Assembly (NCBI GenBank): GCA_037444405.1
Contig: JBBIML010000022.1
Span: forward strand, 1 to 43,271
Source: Armatimonadota bacterium
GTDB lineage: Bacteria; Armatimonadota; Fimbriimonadia; Fimbriimonadales; GBS-DC
Direction of reading: 5' to 3'
DNA: 43,271 bases
Shown: positions 37,040 to 43,271 of the stretch, piece after piece
Layout of the letters: every line of letters starts with the position of its first letter
How positions within the stretch are numbered: position 1 is the stretch's first letter
The notes under the pieces: model-generated
Database searches by the model: none
What the model saw: the letters and a program-made list of their open reading frames with translations, nothing else
What the model was told of the DNA's origin: nothing
Translations under genes and position numbers: made by a program

Positions 37040-37241
37040 CGGTCGCGCTCGTTGCTGGTATGGCTGGATGCTCGGCGCAGCGGTGATTACCGCCGCGATT
37101 ACCGCGCTGGCGGTCTATCGGCGCGTGCAGGAGCGCCACGCGCAGCCCGAATATCGCGCGGAGCGCGCCTACCAGCGCGGGCTAAAACAGGTGCAGACGG
37201 TGGAGGAGCGCATCCCGCGCTGGCTGGCGGAGCGCAGCTGA
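37014..37241 (+). CDS. Small hypothetical single-pass membrane protein
   Basis: Hydrophobic WMLGAAVITAAITALAVY followed by a charged helix; fills the gap between the regulator and purA. Confidence 0.55.
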   Translation: MVKAATNSDGRARCWYGWMLGAAVITAAITALAVYRRVQERHAQPEYRAERAYQRGLKQVQTVEERIPRWLAERS

Positions 37242-37306
37242 GCGCCCGCCAGAACCCTTTCGCAACGCGACACACCCAGCCCCATCGCTATTCATGGAGG
37301 CACAGC

Positions 37307-38575
37307 GTGGCGGTTAAAGTGGTGGTGGGCGCCCAGTGGGGCGACGAAGCCAAAGGCAAAATCGTCGACCTGTTCGCACAGGATGCCGATTTTGTCGTAC
37401 GCTACGCCGGCGGCAGCAACGCCGGACACACCGTCTGCACCGATGGACACATCTACAAGTTCCATCTGATCCCCTCTGGCATTCTGCACCCGCAGGTGAC
37501 GCCTGTGATCGCCGACGGCGTGGTGGTGGATTTGTGGGCGCTGGAGTCGGAGGCGGACGCGCTGGCGGAACAGGGCATCGATGTCTCGCGCCTGCGCATC
37601 GGGCTGGGCGCGCACCTGACCCTGCCCTACCACCGTATGCTGGACGAGCTGAGCGAATCGCGCGCCGACGGGCGGCTTGGCACCACCCGCCGCGGCATCG
37701 GACCCACCTACGCCGACAAAGCCGCCCGAATCGGGCTGCGCATGGCAGACCTACTGGACCCTGAACGCTGTCGAACCCGCCTGCTGCGCGTGCTGACCAC
37801 CCGCAACGCGACCTTCCAGCAGGTGTATCACGCGCCGCCCCTCGACGCCGACGCGTTGCTAACTGAACTGATGCGCCTTGCGGAACGGTGGCGGGCATGC
37901 CTGGTGGATGTGCCTGCCCTGCTGATGGACGCACTGGATGCAGGGCGTGAAATCGTGCTGGAGGGCGCGCAGGGAACCCTGCTCGATCTGGATTACGGCA
38001 CCTACCCCTATGTGACCTCGTCGCATCCGGTGGCGGCAGGCGCATGTCTGGGCACGGGCATCCCGCCGCGCCGACTGGACGAAATCTGGGGCGTGGCGAA
38101 AGCCTACACCACGCGCGTGGGCGAGGGACCCTTCCCGACGGAGCTGGCAGACGAGGTGGGCGACTATATTCGCGAGCGCGGGCGCGAGTATGGCACCACC
38201 ACCGGGCGCGCCCGCCGCTGCGGATGGCTCGATCTGGTCGCCCTGCGCTACGCCGCCCGAATCAACGGCTTTGATGTGCTGGCGATTACCCTGCTCGATG
38301 TGCTGTCGGGGCTGCCGGCGCTTCGAGTCTGCACCGCCTACAGGCTGGGCGGGAGGCTTACGGAGCGGTTTATCCCCGACGGCTTCACCCTCGCCCGCTG
38401 TGAACCCGTCTACACCGAGCTGCCAGGCTGGCAGGAGGACATCAGCGACTGCCAGCGGCGCGACCAGCTGCCGCAAAACGCCCAGCGCTATCTGGAGTTC
38501 ATCGAATCGTATGTGGGCGTGCCGATCCGAATCATCTCCGTCGGCGCCAGCCGCGAACAGACCATCCGCTGCTGA
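37307..38575 (+). CDS. purA: Adenylosuccinate synthetase
   Basis: GGAGG RBS then GTG. GAQWGDEAKGK, GGSNAGHT, GTTRRGIGPTY, EGAQGTLLD..GTYPYVTSS, EYGTTTGRARRCGW. Confidence 0.97.
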   Translation: MAVKVVVGAQWGDEAKGKIVDLFAQDADFVVRYAGGSNAGHTVCTDGHIYKFHLIPSGILHPQVTPVIADGVVVDLWALESEADALAEQGIDVSRLRIGLGAHLTLPYHRMLDELSESRADGRLGTTRRGIGPTYADKAARIGLRMADLLDPERCRTRLLRVLTTRNATFQQVYHAPPLDADALLTELMRLAERWRACLVDVPALLMDALDAGREIVLEGAQGTLLDLDYGTYPYVTSSHPVAAGACLGTGIPPRRLDEIWGVAKAYTTRVGEGPFPTELADEVGDYIRERGREYGTTTGRARRCGWLDLVALRYAARINGFDVLAITLLDVLSGLPALRVCTAYRLGGRLTERFIPDGFTLARCEPVYTELPGWQEDISDCQRRDQLPQNAQRYLEFIESYVGVPIRIISVGASREQTIRC

Positions 38576-38636
38576 TTCTGTGGCAGGAGTGTCGCGCTAA
38601 TCGTCGAATCGCTGGGGCGAGAGCGAGGAGAGGCAG

Positions 38637-39353
38637 ATGCTGATACCGATACGCGACCATAACCCGACGCGTCGGTTCCCTATCGTCACGGTGGCGCTGA
38701 TAGTGGTCAACACCATCGTGTTCCTGATGCAGCAGTTCGACCCGCACATCACGCTCTACTACTCGGCGATACCCGCGGAGGTGCTGCGCAATCAGCCCGG
38801 TGTCATCTATGTGCCTGTGGAGGTGATGCCGGGCATCATTCAGCGTGTGCCCATCGAGCGCGAGGTTGCGCCCCAGATCACCATCTTCACCTCGATGTTT
38901 TTACACGGCGGCTGGCTGCACCTGATTGGCAACATGTGGTCGCTGTGGATCTTCGGCAACAATGTGGAGGACACGCTTGGGCACTGGCGCTACCTGATTC
39001 TGTATATTGTGTGGGGCTATCTGGCGGCGTGGTCGCACATTTTGCCGAACATGAACTCGAATGTGCCGGTGGTGGGCGCGAGCGGCGCAATTGCGGGCGT
39101 GATGGGCGCGTACGCGCTCCTCTTTCCGCATGCGCGATTGGACTGCATGCTGCTTTTTTTCGTGCTGACCTTCGTGGAGGTGCCCGCGATCTTCTTTCTG
39201 GTGTTCTGGTTCGTGTCGCAGTTCTTTGTGGTGTCGCCCGGGATTGCCTATCTGGCGCATATTGGGGGTTTCGTGGCGGGCTGGGTGACCATCAAACTGC
39301 TGGGCGGTCGCGACGCGCTGCTGCCCCGCCGCCGCTACTGGGACGATTACTGA
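38637..39353 (+). CDS. Rhomboid family intramembrane serine protease
   Basis: SMFLHGGWLHLIGNM, GASGAIAG, AYLAHIGGF. Confidence 0.95.
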   Translation: MLIPIRDHNPTRRFPIVTVALIVVNTIVFLMQQFDPHITLYYSAIPAEVLRNQPGVIYVPVEVMPGIIQRVPIEREVAPQITIFTSMFLHGGWLHLIGNMWSLWIFGNNVEDTLGHWRYLILYIVWGYLAAWSHILPNMNSNVPVVGASGAIAGVMGAYALLFPHARLDCMLLFFVLTFVEVPAIFFLVFWFVSQFFVVSPGIAYLAHIGGFVAGWVTIKLLGGRDALLPRRRYWDDY

Positions 39354-39748
39354 TTCAGGCTGAAAGCGTGAGGGAGCAACTCGGCTAAGGTGTAGCGTGC
39401 CACGAGGCGTTCCGGGGTGGCAATCAGCACGGGCACAGCCTGCGGGTTCGGGGTGAACTCCATCAGCACCTGCCGGCATGCGCCGCAGGGTGTGCCGCCA
39501 TCCACTGTGACGACCGCCAGCGCCACGATTTCGCGCGCGCCTTCGGCAACCGCGCGAAAAACGGCGGCACGCTCGGCACAGATGCTCAGCCCATAGCTGG
39601 CGTTCTCCACATTACAGCCCGTGAAGATTCGCCCGTTGGCGGTGCGGATTGCCGCGCCGACCGCATAGTTCGAATAGGGCGCATAGGCTCGCTCGCGCGC
39701 TTGCCGCGCCGATTCGATCAGCTCCTGCTCCTCCGGGCGAAGGCTCAT
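39347..39748 (-). CDS. cdd: Cytidine deaminase
   Basis: AYAPYS, GCNVENASYG, CAERAA, PCGACRQ. Confidence 0.96.
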   Translation of the reverse strand: MSLRPEEQELIESARQARERAYAPYSNYAVGAAIRTANGRIFTGCNVENASYGLSICAERAAVFRAVAEGAREIVALAVVTVDGGTPCGACRQVLMEFTPNPQAVPVLIATPERLVARYTLAELLPHAFSLNQ

Positions 39749-40080
39749 TCGTCGTCCCCTGAATCGTCCGTCGCGCCCGCCAGCTCCTCTTCGAACATGG
39801 CTTCCATCTCGGCGGGGTCTTCGTCCATCGCCGCGCTCATCTCGCGCAGGAAGCTGCGCATCGTGCGGGGATCATCGGGGTCGCCTGCCATCTCCATGCG
39901 GTCGGCAAGGTCGTCCAGCATCTGGTCTTCGGTGCGCAGGCGGGCGACGCGCGACACGAGCCGCCGCGACTGCTGTGCCCCGCAGTGCGGGCAGGTCTGC
40001 GGCTCGTCCCGCTCCGCGATGCTCAACAGCAGCGTGAACCGTCGCCGACACGCCTGACACCGATACTCATACAGCGGCAT
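39745..40080 (-). CDS. FmdB family zinc-ribbon protein
   Basis: MPLYEYRCQAC...CPHCG. Confidence 0.9.
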   Translation of the reverse strand: MPLYEYRCQACRRRFTLLLSIAERDEPQTCPHCGAQQSRRLVSRVARLRTEDQMLDDLADRMEMAGDPDDPRTMRSFLREMSAAMDEDPAEMEAMFEEELAGATDDSGDDE

Positions 40081-40081
40081 A

Positions 40082-41008
40082 TCAGCCCATCACCTTCTGG
40101 ATGGTCTCTTTCAGCACGCCTGCCGAGCTTTGCAACACCGCCCGCTCCTCGTCGCTGACCGAAATCTCGACGATTGCCTGCACGCCTGTGCGCCCCAATC
40201 GTGTGGGCAGGGAGAAGCACACATCGCGGATGCCGAGCGCGCCCATCTGCAGGGTGGACACGGGCAGAATCTGGCGGCTGTCCCGCGCAATCGCGTTCAC
40301 CACCTCGCAGATGGCGACGCCGACCGCGTAGCCCGCACCGCCCTTGAGCCGAATGACCTCCGCGCCGCTGCGCCGCGTGAAGTCGAAAATCGCGTCCATC
40401 TTCTCCCGGCTGTAGCCCGGGTAGTCTTTGAGGGGCACGCCCGCGATGGTCGCGCTGCTCCAGATGGGCACCATCGAGTCGCCATGCTCGCCCAGAATGA
40501 GCGCGTCCACATCGGTGGCTGCCACCTGGAAATATTCCGCTAACAGCGAGCGGAATCGGCAGGTGTCCAGCACCGTGCCCAGCCCGATCACGCGCTCGGC
40601 GGGCAGTCCCGACTCTTTGACCGCCAGATAGGTCAGCACATCGACGGGGTTGGACACCACCAGCAGGATGGCGTCCGGGGCAAGCGACACGGCGCGCAAC
40701 GAGCCGAGAATCTCGCGGAACAGCCCCACATTGCGGTTGATCAGCTCCAGTCGGCTCTCGTCAGGTCGACGGCGCAGCCCGGCGGTGATAATCACCATGT
40801 TCGCGCCGTCGAGCGCGTCGTAGTCGCCCGCATAGATTCGGATGGGTTGCGACATGGCGGCGCCGTGGCGCAGGTCTAACGCCTCGCCTTCTGCCGCCTC
40901 ACGATTCACATCCAGCAACACGATTTCGGAGACCGCGCCTCTGAGTTGCAGGGCATAGGCGGCGTTGGAGCCGACCCGCCCGCCTCCACCCACAATACCA
41001 ACCTTCAT
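40082..41008 (-). CDS. L-lactate/malate dehydrogenase family protein
   Basis: GGGGRVGS, TAGLRRRPDESRL, VSNPVD, GTVLDTCRF, GEHGDS. Confidence 0.92.
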   Translation of the reverse strand: MKVGIVGGGGRVGSNAAYALQLRGAVSEIVLLDVNREAAEGEALDLRHGAAMSQPIRIYAGDYDALDGANMVIITAGLRRRPDESRLELINRNVGLFREILGSLRAVSLAPDAILLVVSNPVDVLTYLAVKESGLPAERVIGLGTVLDTCRFRSLLAEYFQVAATDVDALILGEHGDSMVPIWSSATIAGVPLKDYPGYSREKMDAIFDFTRRSGAEVIRLKGGAGYAVGVAICEVVNAIARDSRQILPVSTLQMGALGIRDVCFSLPTRLGRTGVQAIVEISVSDEERAVLQSSAGVLKETIQKVMG

Positions 41009-41075
41009 CCCATAGCCCTCCAGAAAAGGAGTATACCTGATAGCTGCCAGAGCGGGTATAATTCACTGGGACAGC

Positions 41076-41150
41076 GAGCCGGTAGCTCAGGGGCAGAGCA
41101 GCGGCCTTTTAAGCCGTTGGTCGTGGGTTCGAATCCCACCCGGCTCACCA
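41076..41150 (+). tRNA. tRNA-Lys (TTT)
   Basis: GAGCCGG TA GCTC..GAGC A GCGGC CTTTTAA GCCGT..GTGGG TTCGAAT CCCAC CCGGCTC ACCA; TATAAT at 41057-41062. Confidence 0.97.
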
Positions 41151-41227
41151 TGCAATTGCCACATCGTTGAGAACCCCTCTACTCATACCCGCTCCGCTCT
41201 GACAAAGGGGGAGAGGTTTTTTTGTGC

Positions 41228-41252
41228 CCCTCTCCCACCGCGTGGGAGAGGG
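41228..41252. repeat. Palindromic repeat family A downstream of tRNA-Lys
   Basis: CCCTCTCCCAC-CGC-GTGGGAGAGGG, nearly identical to 2883-2909; a degenerate partner lies at 41174-41216. Confidence 0.8.
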
Positions 41253-41298
41253 CAGGGGGCAAGATACAGAATGGGTATCATGCAACAGGTGTTGAACG

Positions 41299-41949
41299 AT
41301 GAAACGCACGGGGTTCACCCTGATTGAGCTGCTGGTGGTGATAGCGATTATTGCTGTGCTGGCTGCGTTGCTGTTCCCTGTGTTTGCGACGGCGCGTGCC
41401 AAAGCCCGCCAGAGCCAGTGCCTCTCCAACCTGCGCCAGATCGGGATGTCCATCGAAATGTACGCCACCGACCACGACGACCTCTATCCGTTCGCGGTGG
41501 ACCCGACCGACTACTACACGCCTCAAATCTGGCGCGACCACCCGCAATGGCAGCAACTCATCCCCTTTATGCCCTTTTTGCACGAGGTGTTGCAACCCTA
41601 TCAGAAGAGCCGCGAAATCTGGCGATGCCCCTCCGACATCGGCTACACGATTCAGGACTTCACGGGCGAGCCGTTTGACACCCGCCCCTCTTCCTACGAG
41701 CGCTACGGCACCAGCTACCTGTTCCGCACCGAGATTGCCTTCCGCCAGATGCGCGTTGGCAGTTTCCAGTACAGTTCCCAGATTAACATGCTGTTCGATG
41801 GCACGGGCAAGTGGCACGGCAGTAAGAGCTGGTTCTCGGACGAATATCCGCCCGATCCCGGCTACCGCTACAACTGCCTGTTCGCCGACCTGCATGTGAA
41901 AAACATCACGCTGGAGGAGATGTGGCGCGCATGGAACACCCCGCTTTGA
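41299..41949 (+). CDS. Prepilin-type N-terminal cleavage/methylation protein with H-X9-DG-like C-terminus (DUF1559-like)
   Basis: [48 protein letters not shown]. Confidence 0.9.
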   Translation: MKRTGFTLIELLVVIAIIAVLAALLFPVFATARAKARQSQCLSNLRQIGMSIEMYATDHDDLYPFAVDPTDYYTPQIWRDHPQWQQLIPFMPFLHEVLQPYQKSREIWRCPSDIGYTIQDFTGEPFDTRPSSYERYGTSYLFRTEIAFRQMRVGSFQYSSQINMLFDGTGKWHGSKSWFSDEYPPDPGYRYNCLFADLHVKNITLEEMWRAWNTPL

Positions 41950-43271
41950 TCCTGCGAGCGAACTGGGTGCTGCCCATCAGCAGCGAGCCGTTGCCGGATG
42001 GCGAGGTGGTGGTGGAAAACGGGCAGATTGCGGAGGTGCGCCCGCGGAGCGGCACGCGCAAGGCAAACGATGTGCTGGATTTTGGCGATGCGATTCTGAT
42101 GCCGGGGCTGGTGAACGCACACTGCCATCTGGAATACACCGCTCTGCGCGGGCTGAACGACCGCGTGCCCTTTTTCGCATGGATTCGGGCGCTGGTGGAG
42201 CTGAAGGCGCAGACGCCCGCCGACCTCTGGCTGCCCTCTGCGATGCTGGGCGCCGCCGAGTGCATCGCCAGCGGCATCACTTTCATTGCTGACAGCACCG
42301 ATTCGGGTGTGAGCGCGGAGGTGCTGGCGCGAAGCGGACTGCGCGGGCGCGTCTATCAGGAGGTGTTCGGCATCGAGCCAGAACCCGACGACGAGACCAT
42401 CCTGAAACAGCTGGAGGCAAAGCTCGACGCCCTGCGCAAGACGCTGGCGAAGCATGAGGCGACGGCGCGCGTGTCGCTGGGCGTCGCGCCGCACGCCGTC
42501 TACACTGTACGCGACAGCCTGCTGAAGGCATTGGTGCGGTACGCCCGCGAGCAGAGCCTACCGCTCAGCATTCACGCGGCGGAATCGTCGGAGGAGGTCG
42601 CACTCACCCGTTCGGGTTCGGGCGCGTTCGCCGAGCTGTTCGCCCAGCGCGGGATCGACTATCTGCATCCGCGCGTGCCGCCCGTAGAGTACCTGCATCA
42701 GGCGGGCGTGCTGGGCGCGGATACGCAGCTGGTGCACTGCGTGCGGGTGGAGCCGTACGAGATGCGCCTGATCGCCGAGCGCGACGCGGCGGTGGCGCAC
42801 TGCCCGCGCTCCAACGCGCGCCTGCTGACGGGCATCGCGCCGATTTATGAGCTGCGACGGCGCGGCGTGCGCATCGGGCTTGGCACCGACAGCGTGGTCA
42901 GCAGCGGCAGTTTTGACCTGTGGGAGGAGTTGCGTTTTGCGGCGCTGGCGCAGCGAGCGCACGCTTACACCGCCCAACCAAGCTGGCACGACTGGGTAGC
43001 AATCGCCACCTTAGAGGGCGCACGCAGTCTGGGGCTTGCCGAACAGATTGGCTCGCTGGAGGTGGGCAAGCGCGCCGATGTGATTGCCGTGCGCACCCAT
43101 CGCCTGGCGTTCAACCAGATGCCCGACCCGTACGCCGCGCTGGTGCTGGTCGCCCGCAGTGAGGATGTCGCCCTCACGATGGTGGAGGGCGCCATCCTCT
43201 ATCAGGACGGCGCCTGGCACACCCTCGAAGCAGATGCATTTGCTGGTTTCGCCCGAAGTACTGCACCTGAA
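41946..43271 (+). CDS. Metal-dependent nucleoside deaminase (MTA/SAH or aminodeoxyfutalosine deaminase-like), 3'-truncated by the window
   Basis: Not in the ORF track because it has no stop in the window. TTG overlapping the upstream TGA, then [44 protein letters not shown]. Confidence 0.85.
   Translation, partial: MILRANWVLPISSEPLPDGEVVVENGQIAEVRPRSGTRKANDVLDFGDAILMPGLVNAHCHLEYTALRGLNDRVPFFAWIRALVELKAQTPADLWLPSAMLGAAECIASGITFIADSTDSGVSAEVLARSGLRGRVYQEVFGIEPEPDDETILKQLEAKLDALRKTLAKHEATARVSLGVAPHAVYTVRDSLLKALVRYAREQSLPLSIHAAESSEEVALTRSGSGAFAELFAQRGIDYLHPRVPPVEYLHQAGVLGADTQLVHCVRVEPYEMRLIAERDAAVAHCPRSNARLLTGIAPIYELRRRGVRIGLGTDSVVSSGSFDLWEELRFAALAQRAHAYTAQPSWHDWVAIATLEGARSLGLAEQIGSLEVGKRADVIAVRTHRLAFNQMPDPYAALVLVARSEDVALTMVEGAILYQDGAWHTLEADAFAGFARSTAPE

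Noticed and set aside
34883..41260. Genomic island integrated at tRNA-Glu or tRNA-Lys
   Set aside because: No integrase, no duplicated tRNA 3' end seen, and the flanking genes are housekeeping.
1..43271. CRISPR array or cas genes
   Set aside because: Repeats are dispersed palindromes, not regularly spaced direct repeats with unique spacers; no cas motifs seen.

Overview
GC-rich, gene-dense bacterial window, most consistent with a diderm Terrabacterium of phylum Armatimonadota. This is an inference from UBact, an SLH-beta-barrel protein, a dockerin-like 'DDADLLxVLFxFG' tail and a prepilin/H-X9-DG protein. Most of it is housekeeping: pepP-like, cysS, hutH, tnaA, ruvA, ccmEF, purC, mfd, purA, cdd, tRNA-Glu and tRNA-Lys. 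Five things stand out. (1) A UBact/Pup-like proteasome locus (dop-ubact-prcB-prcA-pafA) with no adjacent proteasome ATPase. (2) At least three families of short palindromic repeats, some lying in frame inside conserved genes (an LptD-like gene and mfd), plus one copy carried in a 136-bp MITE with terminal inverted repeats and a target-site duplication. (3) A more AT-rich HTH-methyltransferase plus putative endonuclease islet whose nuclease ORF reads in frame into purC. (4) An internally deleted IS4-type remnant. (5) A recurring (GG)TAnnnT -10 motif, often 6-10 nt from start codons (probable leaderless mRNAs). All calls come from reading the sequence and translations by eye; no database searches were run.
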